Positions 1 through 8,400 of a stretch of DNA of 51,620 bases are shown piece after piece. The translations under genes and the position numbers were made by a program. The notes beneath the pieces are model-generated. The model did not search any database and was not told the DNA's origin. It saw nothing but the letters and a program-made list of their open reading frames with translations. Each line of letters starts with the position of its first letter. Position 1 is the first letter of the stretch. Source of the stretch: a virus (Duplodnaviria > Heunggongvirae > Uroviricota > Caudoviricetes); the IMG/VR virus record IMGVR_UViG_2541047950_000002, positions 1 to 51,620 of that record. One strand, given 5' to 3'.

Positions 1-537
1 ATGATGCTTACCCTAGACGAGATAGGTCAATCTGTACGTAACAATATCCAGTTGATTATTGATCATGTCGGCTTACCTCTTGCTGTTGGTCCGCTCAGTG
101 ATGATGATTACAAGATTCTGTGTGGTGGCTATGGTGAGCTTGAATGGGACTATGCGTTAAGCACCTATGGCAACTCCAGAGAAAAGTATGAGTTCTGCAT
201 AAAACTTGTTCAGCAAGGTCGGGTTCAGGGAATACCATCAGGAGCAGCAATTTGTGTTTATGGGGTTGAAGAAAACATCTTTCGTATCCATATGATCGAA
301 AGGTTTTCTAGAGAAGATGAATCTCACCCATTGAAAGGGCGCATGGTTTTACTCACTCTTATGAGTGCTTTTATATTTTGTAAAGCTGTTGAATGTAAAG
401 TTGTCCACATTGTAGAGCCAGTACCAGAACTGGTGCAGTATTACGAGTCTTTTGGTTTCCGCATGGAACAGTGCGGTTATGTGATGTCTGCAGTCATTGA
501 TGAGCTGCAGGATATCTTTCTTAAATTTGCTCAGTAG
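1..537 (+). CDS. hypothetical protein, 178 aa; att-proximal AT-rich cargo (loosely acetyltransferase-like, unverified)
   Basis: Open frame from ATG at position 1 (may be truncated by the window edge); low GC versus neighbouring phage genes; C-terminal YYESFGF motif is only loosely GNAT-like. Confidence 0.4.
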   Translation: MMLTLDEIGQSVRNNIQLIIDHVGLPLAVGPLSDDDYKILCGGYGELEWDYALSTYGNSREKYEFCIKLVQQGRVQGIPSGAAICVYGVEENIFRIHMIERFSREDESHPLKGRMVLLTLMSAFIFCKAVECKVVHIVEPVPELVQYYESFGFRMEQCGYVMSAVIDELQDIFLKFAQ

Positions 538-733
538 GTATAGACGAGAAGGGTCTACAAATTGTAGGATACCCGTCCAGATTACCTTAAAGGTACATCT
601 ATGGCAGTCGTTTTGTGCTTAAACTACTAAGAAACGATGTCACCAATCGACATGATCGATTGGCATAAGTTAGCGAAACAAGCTAGCTTTAAAGAGAGGG
701 TTAGAGACGCCTTTACTGTCTCGGGAGTTTTCT

Positions 734-907
734 ATGAAAGATCAAAAAGCAACCAAGCCACAGGTTAAGTTCGACACAATGAAAGCATTCGCAGGTATGG
801 GTGCTGCTGTTGAAGTTCTGATGAAGGCTGCTCCTAATGCGTTCACTCACGCTACTGTCTCTGGTAAAGAGCAGCAGGGTAAGCTTCGTCGTCGCAAAGC
901 AGCATGA
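734..907 (+). CDS. small hypothetical protein, 57 aa, lysine/alanine-rich
   Basis: ATG at 734 preceded by GGGAG about 6 nt upstream; stop TGA 905-907; not in the ORF track because it is under 60 aa; followed directly by a terminator. Confidence 0.4.
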   Translation: MKDQKATKPQVKFDTMKAFAGMGAAVEVLMKAAPNAFTHATVSGKEQQGKLRRRKAA

Positions 908-926
908 TCATAGCTGGTGCTTTTTG

Positions 927-953
927 AAAACCCGCCTTTAGGCGGGTTTTTTC
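927..953. terminator. bidirectional rho-independent terminator between the rightward cargo genes and the leftward early operon
   Basis: Hairpin AAAACCCGCC-TTTA-GGCGGGTTTT followed by a T-run on the + strand; shorter T-run on the - strand. Confidence 0.6.
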
Positions 954-954
954 T

Positions 955-1263
955 TTAGTGATGTTCTTTGCCCTTCTGTTTGCTTGTTCTGACCTGTTCC
1001 CACTCGATACGTCCTTCTTCTCGTCTTTTGTCTATGTATTCCGCAAGATCCTGAATATTGATGCAACGTTTTGCTTTTTGTGATGTGCCGATGCGATATG
1101 TTGGAACGGGCAACTTACAAGCGTTTGCTTTTGCTTCTGCCGTGGCTGGACTCATGCCAAAGTACTTTTGGCTAACTGCTGAGAGTTCAATGTTAGGGGT
1201 ATTGAATTCAGCCATCAGTAAAAACAAGGTGTTCATAATTTTCTCCATCAAAACCGGCTGCAC
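955..1263 (-). CDS. PrtN/excisionase-like small DNA-binding protein (putative Xis)
   Basis: 102-aa ORF at the distal end of the leftward early operon; resembles the PrtN/phage excisionase family from memory; true start may be the internal Met (MEKIM). Confidence 0.45.
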   Translation of the reverse strand: MQPVLMEKIMNTLFLLMAEFNTPNIELSAVSQKYFGMSPATAEAKANACKLPVPTYRIGTSQKAKRCINIQDLAEYIDKRREEGRIEWEQVRTSKQKGKEHH

Positions 1264-1272
1264 CCGGGAAAA

Positions 1273-1848
1273 TCATAATTCTGTGCTGGTGGCAGGAATT
1301 AATTTCTGCCAGATAGCGGAAACATATTTTGCCTGATGACGGGCATCGGCCAGGGCGTTGTGCCGTTCGCCATCGAAAGGCATGTCCATTTTGGGGTCGA
1401 ATCCGATAGAACGCCCAAGCGTAACGATCGTGCGTACATCGTGGTCATTCCAGTATGCCCACGGGCAGATTTGTCCTGCTCGCTCATAAGCTCCACGTAA
1501 AATTACGTTGTCGAAGGTGGCCCCGTTACCCCAGACTTTTAAATATTTCGTATTGGCTGCGTGCCGGTTAATGAAATGATTTAGTTCTGAGAGAGCATCG
1601 CTGATCGACAAAGTATCATCAATACAGATTGCAGCTCGTGCTTCAGGGCTTTGTTTCAACCACCACAGGATGGTATCGCCGTCAGGTGTAGCTCCTTGCC
1701 CCATAGCACTTTCCAGGCTAACAACCGTATAGAATTCTTGTCCGATGTCTCCGGTTTCTGGAGTGAAGAACACCGCGCCAATGGAAACGATCGGTGCATC
1801 CTTATTTTTCCCCATCGTCTCAAGGTCGATCATTAAGTTGTTCATCAC
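1273..1848 (-). CDS. DEDDh-type 3'-5' exonuclease (DnaQ-like)
   Basis: 191 aa; D-x-E motif in MIDLETMG and H-x4-D motif in HNALADA typical of DEDDh exonucleases. Confidence 0.7.
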   Translation of the reverse strand: MMNNLMIDLETMGKNKDAPIVSIGAVFFTPETGDIGQEFYTVVSLESAMGQGATPDGDTILWWLKQSPEARAAICIDDTLSISDALSELNHFINRHAANTKYLKVWGNGATFDNVILRGAYERAGQICPWAYWNDHDVRTIVTLGRSIGFDPKMDMPFDGERHNALADARHQAKYVSAIWQKLIPATSTEL

Positions 1849-2579
1849 TTCACCTCCTGCGGCGGTTCCGGTAGCGGCATCCAGTGAGTTGCTTGCTCAA
1901 TACCATTACCCGGCTTAATCGTTGCATCTCCGCGCCGAAAGGTGCTTCCGGTATAGCGTGCGGAGCATATTAGCGGTTCAACCAGAGAGCTATCGAAATT
2001 CACCGAAATAAGCACGTTCTGGCCCTTTTCAGGCATTTGATCACTACAGCTTATCCAACTATCCGGAGTTCCCGGAGAGTTGCCATTTACATCGAAGTTT
2101 GGCTCTGCGTCCTGAACCAGGAGGATGTAACCATTCTTGGCTGTATCAAGTTCTAACGCCTCGGTGACGGTGCCGAAATAGCGATTACCTAAATCAGCAT
2201 CACAAGTGCTTACATCAATGGAAACTTCCATGCCTTCGATTAATTCTGGCAAGTTGTAAGTTTGGCTTACAGGTTGGCTACCCTGAAGCATGGCGGCGCG
2301 GTGACACCAGATAATCCAGCCAAGCGCCATATCCCATGCCATGTATTCTCTATCGCCATTTTTTGCCCTACGGCGATCTACAGATTCCCCGAAACGCTTC
2401 TCCATAAATAATTCATAGGCTGCTCGTTCATCCGATACTGCTGCCAGTGATGCCAGTGCAATTTTTAATGCGGTAAGCATGTTGTTTTGATCTTCATCGA
2501 GTCCGAACGGTATTTCATCCCGTGCTGACTCAATGCTGGTAATCGTGTTCTGTAACCATTCTTTGGTAAGAGTATTCAT
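1845..2579 (-). CDS. conserved phage early protein with DUF551-like C-terminus
   Basis: 244-aa ORF; start overlaps the downstream gene; C-terminal THWMPLPEPP resembles the DUF551 signature as recalled. Confidence 0.45.
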   Translation of the reverse strand: MNTLTKEWLQNTITSIESARDEIPFGLDEDQNNMLTALKIALASLAAVSDERAAYELFMEKRFGESVDRRRAKNGDREYMAWDMALGWIIWCHRAAMLQGSQPVSQTYNLPELIEGMEVSIDVSTCDADLGNRYFGTVTEALELDTAKNGYILLVQDAEPNFDVNGNSPGTPDSWISCSDQMPEKGQNVLISVNFDSSLVEPLICSARYTGSTFRRGDATIKPGNGIEQATHWMPLPEPPQEVK

Positions 2580-2581
2580 AA

Positions 2582-2773
2582 CTATTTCACTTTAATCTCA
2601 ATATTTCGCAGCTTTAGCTCTACTGGCAGGTCTGACTTTCCTGTTAATGCTAATGCGAGATTTTCAGGAGTAATGAGAGCAGTTATTGTTTTCCCCCTCG
2701 CCAGACGAATAATCATTCGTATCTCGCAATCGTCACATGCTCCCGGTCGAACAATTGAGATTTGTCCGTTCAT
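2582..2773 (-). CDS. hypothetical small phage protein, 63 aa
   Basis: ORF tightly packed in the leftward operon. Confidence 0.3.
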   Translation of the reverse strand: MNGQISIVRPGACDDCEIRMIIRLARGKTITALITPENLALALTGKSDLPVELKLRNIEIKVK

Positions 2774-2774
2774 C

Positions 2775-3329
2775 TCACTTCCCCTTCACACCAATGTTGG
2801 CGGCGGCGCGCTCGGCTTCACTTTGTTCCCAAAACCACTTGTGAAGCGCCATAAGCTTTTCGTCAATCGGTGCATATTTGCGATTAAAGTAGGCCTGAGC
2901 ATCTTTCTCAGATTCGTCCGGTAATTCGCCAGGGCCAAACAGTGTGTTATAAATCCATGCCAGTCCGCTCTTAGCGTCGCCAGTTGCCTGCCATTCGATA
3001 ATGGCAGCCTGCATGACCAGAATGTTTTTCCCGATTAATAGGTCCAGTTCTTTGTACCGGTTGCGGATGTATGCATTCTCGCTTTGTAATTTTGCGTTTC
3101 GCTTCTCTGCTGCTTCCAGCTCATCCAGCAGCGCCAAGACGGTGGCAGGATTGGCGGCGGCTATGAATCGTTTATTGGCGCGATTATCTGGTCCTGAGCA
3201 TGATGCTATGTAGTAATTGGCGTTCAGTCCGGCATCGGCAATTACTCCATGGTAGTCATCAGCACACCATTCGCCTGGTGTTGCATTTTCTGCCGCCAGT
3301 CGCAGAGCCTGATAGTTAATCTCGCTCAC
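2775..3329 (-). CDS. Ead/Ea22-like early protein
   Basis: 184-aa ORF; N-terminal MSEINYQALR..ATPGEW and coiled-coil middle recall the Ea22-like family. Confidence 0.45.
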   Translation of the reverse strand: MSEINYQALRLAAENATPGEWCADDYHGVIADAGLNANYYIASCSGPDNRANKRFIAAANPATVLALLDELEAAEKRNAKLQSENAYIRNRYKELDLLIGKNILVMQAAIIEWQATGDAKSGLAWIYNTLFGPGELPDESEKDAQAYFNRKYAPIDEKLMALHKWFWEQSEAERAAANIGVKGK

Positions 3330-3565
3330 TGGTTGCCTCCTTTACGGATCTGCGCTGCGATGCGCGAAAAAAAAGACTCCCGCGTATGACTGTTAAGAGC
3401 TGGCGCGAACGCTGCGTTAAGAACGGCAGCATCACAGCCGTCATCGATATAGAGCGCAATTTTTTTCTCCAGGCGCGCTTTGGCTTCCTGCAACTGCATA
3501 CCCCGGCACGCACGCGGGATATACTCAGCAATTTGAGCGATAGATTTTTCGTTCTGTTTAAACAT
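3326..3565 (-). CDS. hypothetical phage protein, 79 aa
   Basis: ORF with overlapping start/stop in the leftward operon. Confidence 0.35.
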   Translation of the reverse strand: MFKQNEKSIAQIAEYIPRACRGMQLQEAKARLEKKIALYIDDGCDAAVLNAAFAPALNSHTRESFFSRIAAQIRKGGNQ

Positions 3566-3761
3566 GCTTCACCTCGATAGGCTTGATGCTGTCGATCAGC
3601 AGTCGGCGGCGCGTATTTTCTGCAAAGTGGCGGCGTCCGGTTTCTTTGTGGTAAAACTCGTTTTTTCCGACGACCCACATCCGCTTTGTCTGGTGCAGTT
3701 TTTTTACCTGCGGACCGTCTCGGGTGATAACAATTCCTGTATGAGTTTTTATCACGCTCAT
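3558..3761 (-). CDS. hypothetical phage protein, 67 aa
   Basis: ORF with overlapping start/stop in the leftward operon. Confidence 0.35.
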   Translation of the reverse strand: MSVIKTHTGIVITRDGPQVKKLHQTKRMWVVGKNEFYHKETGRRHFAENTRRRLLIDSIKPIEVKHV

Positions 3762-4120
3762 TTCTTATTCTCCGGTGCTTTCGGCATTACTGCCCAGTGA
3801 GTGATATTGACGTTTTCAAGGTCCCCGACCTGAAATGTCCACTGCCATTCTCCGGTTTCTTTTTGTCCCCAGGTGTACCAGAGAGAACGCCAGCCAATTA
3901 GCCAGCCTTCTCCGTTAGCATCAAATAACAGAACACTTTCATTTGCTGGTGGCAGTTCAGCTGACACTGGTATTATTTTGTTTTCCAGTGCCGTACATTT
4001 AGCTTCAAGCGCATCGAATTTACGTACCAGGTACTCAGCATTTGTTTCGTTCACTTTCAGATCTCGCGGTACACATTTCCCGCGAAGAAACCCTTCCATT
4101 TCGAAAACATTCATGCGCAT
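3758..4120 (-). CDS. YfdS-like phage protein, 120 aa
   Basis: Size and position match the CPS-53 yfdS slot; C-terminal THWAVMP is DUF551-like. Confidence 0.45.
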   Translation of the reverse strand: MRMNVFEMEGFLRGKCVPRDLKVNETNAEYLVRKFDALEAKCTALENKIIPVSAELPPANESVLLFDANGEGWLIGWRSLWYTWGQKETGEWQWTFQVGDLENVNITHWAVMPKAPENKK

Positions 4121-4647
4121 TTGCGTAACTCCGATAACTCGTTAAAACGTTCCATAAACATCCCGTAGGCATGGCCTGGTGACAGTGGAATAACTTTGAA
4201 CATCTCTGTCGCCGGGATACCTTCCAGTACAGGCCAGAAAGACCCATCATCAAGCCCGAGATCGCGGCGTTCGGTTGCCAGCATAATGAGATCGGCATAT
4301 TTCACTGGCGTGCTCATAACAGGAGGTAACCCGTATTTCTCACGGATTACGGCGTCTATTTTTTCTTCCATCCGTTTATAGTCAGGAAGAAGGCGTTTCA
4401 GTGGTGCGGGGATGTCCTGGCAATATGCTTCTGTTGCATCATGCATTAACGCTTCAAAAGCAAATTCCTGCGGTACCAGCTGGCTGCAAAGCACCGCATG
4501 TTGGGCGACGCTGTAGAAGTGTGAAAGATGTCCTGCAAAGCGACAGATATTTGAAAGGGAAACCGCGATATCGTTAATAACGATGTCGTCTTTATTTATC
4601 CTGTCATAATAAAAATGCTTCCCGGAAAAAGTTTTAATAAATGACAT
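4111..4647 (-). CDS. yfdR: HD-domain phosphohydrolase (YfdR-like 5'-deoxynucleotidase family)
   Basis: H..HD..D motifs (AQHAVL, LMHDATEAY, KYADL); 178 aa from the internal Met MSFIKT; the ORF track extends the frame to 4674. Confidence 0.6.
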   Translation of the reverse strand: MSFIKTFSGKHFYYDRINKDDIVINDIAVSLSNICRFAGHLSHFYSVAQHAVLCSQLVPQEFAFEALMHDATEAYCQDIPAPLKRLLPDYKRMEEKIDAVIREKYGLPPVMSTPVKYADLIMLATERRDLGLDDGSFWPVLEGIPATEMFKVIPLSPGHAYGMFMERFNELSELRKCA

Positions 4648-4774
4648 TTTGTTCTCCACGTATATGCGCTGCACCGCGCTGAATTCTGGTAAAAGGAAGC
4701 CCTCACCATCCGGTGATTATTGAGTTAATTACGTTTCCATAAATGCCCCCGCAGGGGCATTTGCAGTAATGAAA

Positions 4775-5599
4775 TCAGGCGGTGAAAGTACCAATAAAGG
4801 TTTCTACTTTGCTGTCTTTGAATTTCTCAACAAGCAGATCACGAAATTCGTTAGCCATTTCTTCCTGCACCGCTTCCAGCTGAATAATGCGCAGAACCAG
4901 TACAGGACGATCGCCAGTGATAATGCTGAGGCGTAATTTAAACGGACGTTCTTTCAGACCTTCAAACGGAACGCATTTAAATTCAAATGCCACTGGCATA
5001 ATGTCTTTGGTCTTCGCTTCGACAGACTCCATCAGGGAGCGTTTGCCGCTGAAGTCATTGTCTTCAAAATCAGCGGTCTGGTTTGCTTCAATCGTGATTT
5101 TACGGACTGCCGCAGCCGCTTTTGTTGCCTGAATAGCGTCACCATTAGCATCAAAGCCCACAAGGTAGTCGGCCCAGTCTTCGATCCATTCTGCCAGTGA
5201 TTTCTGGGAGTTACGCTCGCCATTAACAGACAACAGAGCAGAGAACGGTGCTGTCTTTTTCAGTTTGAGAGTGGCGGTGTTATCTGCGTGACCTGGTTCA
5301 TCAATAGTACCCAGGTTAAGCACACTGACGGCACGCATATTATCAGCATCGATAAAGCAGCGGGTGCCTTCATCTGCAAGATCTTTAGAATAACGGGTAA
5401 AGTCATCGATGCTGGCAGTGGAAAGCGCACCACGGAAACGGAAGCGATTTAAATTAAATTTTTCCAGATCATGAATGCGGAAATTCTCAGGCAATGCCAC
5501 AGCATCGGCACCAATCTTACTGATAATTTCATTAACACCCTGAGCAGAAATAAGGGCATGGATTTGATTAATTGCGGTTGCGTCTAAGTTCTGAGACAT
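4775..5599 (-). CDS. yfdQ: YfdQ-like DUF2303 family protein
   Basis: 274-aa ORF; length and sequence recall CPS-53 YfdQ. Confidence 0.55.
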   Translation of the reverse strand: MSQNLDATAINQIHALISAQGVNEIISKIGADAVALPENFRIHDLEKFNLNRFRFRGALSTASIDDFTRYSKDLADEGTRCFIDADNMRAVSVLNLGTIDEPGHADNTATLKLKKTAPFSALLSVNGERNSQKSLAEWIEDWADYLVGFDANGDAIQATKAAAAVRKITIEANQTADFEDNDFSGKRSLMESVEAKTKDIMPVAFEFKCVPFEGLKERPFKLRLSIITGDRPVLVLRIIQLEAVQEEMANEFRDLLVEKFKDSKVETFIGTFTA

Positions 5600-5664
5600 A
5601 ATAAGTCCTCACTATATAAAGATATTCAGTGATGAGATAAATAATCAGTTAATTAAGAACGATA

Positions 5665-6027
5665 TTAATGACCTGCTGCGCGGAGTTTTCCGTCAGGTTC
5701 ACCGGCAAGAGTCAGTAATTGTCCCTGGTCTTCCTGCAGAATAGTCAGGCGACCACCGCGATTGACATACATCGGAGTTTCGGTGGTGTCTTCTTCGGAA
5801 ATTTTCCCGCGGTTAGTCGGGCGAACATATGAGAGTTTGTGTTTGATTTTCACACGGTTCTCATCAAATGGTTCGATTTCCAGGTTGAGCGAGACCTTAC
5901 CTTTGGTTTTCGTATTCATCACACCGGAAGCGACTTCACTGAGAACAGCGCCGATTTTGGTTTCAAATACGCCGCCGTCCAGCTCCCCGATAAATGCCTG
6001 CACATCAGTACTGCGTTCGCTAGCCAT
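5665..6027 (-). CDS. first gene of the leftward early operon (YfdP-like hypothetical, 121 aa)
   Basis: Internal ATG at 6025-6027 (MASERST) has GAGGAG about 7 nt upstream; the longer track ORF to 6213 has no RBS and runs through a hairpin. Confidence 0.45.
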   Translation of the reverse strand: MASERSTDVQAFIGELDGGVFETKIGAVLSEVASGVMNTKTKGKVSLNLEIEPFDENRVKIKHKLSYVRPTNRGKISEEDTTETPMYVNRGGRLTILQEDQGQLLTLAGEPDGKLRAAGH

Positions 6028-6075
6028 TTTGTTGCTCCTCATCATATCGACCCTGCAAGGTCGGTTGGTTTCTCC

Positions 6076-6174
6076 ACAAAACAGAGAAGAACACCTGCGG
6101 TGGCAGCCGCCCGGATGGATTGGGTTATGAGCCCGTCGTCCGGTGATGCTCTTCTCTGTTTTGTAAAAAGAGCG
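6076..6174 (-). promoter_or_regulatory. boxA-like motif plus long stem-loop in the pL leader (candidate nut/put-like RNA element)
   Basis: On the - strand CGCTCTTTTTACAA (6161-6174) runs into an 18-bp inverted repeat, 6147-6164 pairing with 6076-6093 at 17 of 18 positions, 48 nt upstream of the first early gene. Confidence 0.4.
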
Positions 6175-6704
6175 GTACCAGCCGGAAGCAAGTGTACAAA
6201 CTGGTACTGCCAAAGCAGTGGCTGTTGTGGTGACCGGTGCTGATCTCCGGCTTGCGGTTATTTCAGACTCTCACGGGCGTTTGATTGCCCCGCCGAACAG
6301 CTCTTTTCCGCAATAGCTGCAATGTCTTTCGCGCATCAGCCTGCGCATTCACCACAACGCTGAGAGCATTGCCGGTGTCCGAATCGAACGGACCTTTTCC
6401 CTGCCCAACCCTCCCATCTGAATGGGACTGTCTGGAATTGAACCAGCACTTATGCCTTGCTCGTCAATGCTCTCATCGTTGCGTCCTGGTCTCTTCCCAG
6501 GCGTCAAACCGAATCGCCACGCTGGTTAGGCGTCTTATCAGCATCCTCATTGACTTGCACATTCCGGCTACCTGGTTTGTTTGCCCGAGCAAGGAGTGGA
6601 TTGTCCCCTTTAACGTCCCCAGACCGCTAACGACGCATGTGCCATACGCCGTGTTACAACCAAATTTTGTTAGGACCTTGTTTGTTGGTCTGGAAAGAAA
6701 GATA

Positions 6705-6760
6705 AAATGAAATTGCGCATTATACAAGTGTTTTGTTGCGAGATGCGCAATATGATGGGT
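6705..6760 (-). promoter_or_regulatory. leftward early promoter pL with oL operator repeats
   Basis: Perfect TATAAT on the - strand (6719-6724) flanked by TTGCGCA and TGCGCAA motifs matching those in the cI-cro intergenic region. Confidence 0.5.
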
Positions 6761-6784
6761 GATGAAAAGCCACCTTCTGGTGGC
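6761..6784 (-). terminator. terminator of the repressor transcript
   Basis: Hairpin GCCACC-TTCT-GGTGGC (6769-6784) followed on the - strand by a T-run; lies between the cI stop and pL. Confidence 0.5.
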
Positions 6785-6805
6785 TAATTGATGAGGAGGT
6801 CGGGG

Positions 6806-7498
6806 TTAATTGTGTCGCTTAAGGGTTTGTGACTGACTGATTAAGACCTTCCCAAAGACCATAAACCGGTGTTCATTTTCGCTGGTAATTCCCCATTCAC
6901 GGTAAATCTGGTTATCAGAAATTACCAGTAGTTTGTCAGGTATCATTTGCAGTCGTTTGACATAAATTTTATCATCAAAACCAAACACATAGATACCATC
7001 CCCATCAAACTGATTGATACTGATATCAACGAAGATGAGATCTCCTGGCTCAATGGTTGGACACATACTGTCCCCACGAACGTTGATAACTTTAATGTGA
7101 TTGGCTGGTCGTCCTCCAAACATCGATACAGCATTATCAGTTATGTATTCAATGGCATGAATCACATCAATGACATCACCGCCCTGGATAAGGCCATTTC
7201 CCGCACTGGCACTGACATCCAGCATTTCAATACGGAATACATCCTTCACCTGCGCAACATCCTCACCAGTACTGTTTTTACATACAGTATTACTTTTGAA
7301 GTCTGAGGTAAAGAGATCTGCAATATCAACACCTAAGCTCCTGGCAATATTACTCAGGGCTTGTTCAGTGAATTGTTTCTGCTTACCTGTTTCCAGGCGT
7401 GAGATATTCGCCGCATCCACTCCTATTGCTTCAGCGAGATCGGCGATTTTCATGTTCTTCGCCTGGCGAAGTTGTCTGACTCGATTTCCTATGTTCAT
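6806..7498 (-). CDS. CI-like prophage repressor (XRE HTH plus S24 LexA-like peptidase domain)
   Basis: 230 aa; N-terminal HTH (NIGNRVRQLRQAKNMKIADLAEAIGV); C-terminal S24-type domain (RGDSMCPTIEPGDLIFVD); divergent from the cro-like gene. Confidence 0.85.
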   Translation of the reverse strand: MNIGNRVRQLRQAKNMKIADLAEAIGVDAANISRLETGKQKQFTEQALSNIARSLGVDIADLFTSDFKSNTVCKNSTGEDVAQVKDVFRIEMLDVSASAGNGLIQGGDVIDVIHAIEYITDNAVSMFGGRPANHIKVINVRGDSMCPTIEPGDLIFVDISINQFDGDGIYVFGFDDKIYVKRLQMIPDKLLVISDNQIYREWGITSENEHRFMVFGKVLISQSQTLKRHN

Positions 7499-7595
7499 GC
7501 GTTTATTACATTTCTTTATTGCGCGTTAAGCAAATCAACTTGCGCAAAATATTTGCGTGAAATAATATGCTTATCACGCAATATGTGGAGGTTAT
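7499..7595. promoter_or_regulatory. oR region with divergent pR/pRM and TTGCGCAA-type operators
   Basis: pR candidate: -35 TTGCGC, 17-bp spacer, -10 TAATAT upstream of cro; palindromic TTGCGCAA and related half-sites are repeated. Confidence 0.55.
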
Positions 7596-7856
7596 ATGCA
7601 ATCACCATTACGAAATGTGCGTAAGGCGCACGGATTTACTTTGCAGCATGTTGCTGCGGGTGTTCAGGTTAATCCAGCGACGCTGAGTCGTATTGAGAGA
7701 CTGGAACAAATTCCATCTATCGATCTGGCAGAGCGTCTGGCCAATTTTTTTAAGGGAGAAATCAGCGAAATGCAGATTCTCTATCCTGCTCGCTTTCAAT
7801 CTAGTCAAAACCGGAATGAGTTAAAACCACAGGAAAAGGAGGTAAGCCGTGGGTAA
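7596..7856 (+). CDS. Cro-like HTH regulator
   Basis: 86 aa; HTH (HGFTLQHVAAGVQVNPATLSRIE); GGAGG RBS; divergent from cI. Confidence 0.65.
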   Translation: MQSPLRNVRKAHGFTLQHVAAGVQVNPATLSRIERLEQIPSIDLAERLANFFKGEISEMQILYPARFQSSQNRNELKPQEKEVSRG

Positions 7857-8400
7857 GCATCACTGGAAAGTGGAAAAACAGCCTGAGTGGTACGTGAAAG
7901 CGGTCAGAAAAACTATCGCGGCGTTGCCGGGTGGTTACGCTGAAGCAGCTGAGTGGCTGGATGTAACAGAGAACGCTTTATTCAATCGCCTTCGTGCCGA
8001 TGGCGATCAGATTTTCCCGCTGGGATGGGCAATGATTTTACAGCGCGCGGCTGGCACTCACTACATTGCGGATGCTGTCGCACAGTCTGCTGGTGGGGTG
8101 TTTGTATCGCTTCCTGACATTGAGGAAGTAGAGAACGCCGATATAAACCAGCGCCTGCTGGAAGTCATCGAACAGATCGGGAGTTACTCAAAGCAGATTC
8201 GTTCGGCAATCGAAGATGGGGTAGTGGAGCCACACGAGCAGACAGCAATGAATGATGAGTTGTATCTGTCAATTTCGAAGCTCCAGGAGCATGCGGCACT
8301 GGTCTACAAAATTTTCTGCGCTCCAGAAAAGAGTGACGCCCGCGAGTGTGCAGCTCCGGGCGTCGTGGCGTTTTGTGTCTGTGGAGAAACTAACGCATGA
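7849..8400 (+). CDS. CII-like regulatory protein (CP76-type)
   Basis: 183 aa with GTG start overlapping the cro end; position and recalled family similarity. Confidence 0.45.
   Translation: MGKHHWKVEKQPEWYVKAVRKTIAALPGGYAEAAEWLDVTENALFNRLRADGDQIFPLGWAMILQRAAGTHYIADAVAQSAGGVFVSLPDIEEVENADINQRLLEVIEQIGSYSKQIRSAIEDGVVEPHEQTAMNDELYLSISKLQEHAALVYKIFCAPEKSDARECAAPGVVAFCVCGETNA

Noticed and set aside
538-954. attL with a duplicated dusA 5' fragment
   Set aside because: No segment here resembles the dusA 5' region at 50207 onward; the left attachment site is presumed to lie outside the window
5665-6213. 182-aa track ORF extending the first early gene upstream
   Set aside because: The extension has no RBS and runs through the long hairpin; the internal ATG at 6027 has a GAGGAG RBS, so the gene is called as 5665-6027
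6272-6349. 25-codon Arg-rich peptide on the - strand (MRRLMRERH...) as a possible mini N-like factor
   Set aside because: No Shine-Dalgarno, very short, and no similarity to N arginine-rich motifs beyond basic composition; kept only as a remote possibility within the leader finding
6285-6727. Track ORFs 6285-6710 (+) and 6473-6727 (-) in the pL leader
   Set aside because: No RBS; the - strand one starts at TTG inside the promoter/operator; compositions are not protein-like; treated as non-coding leader
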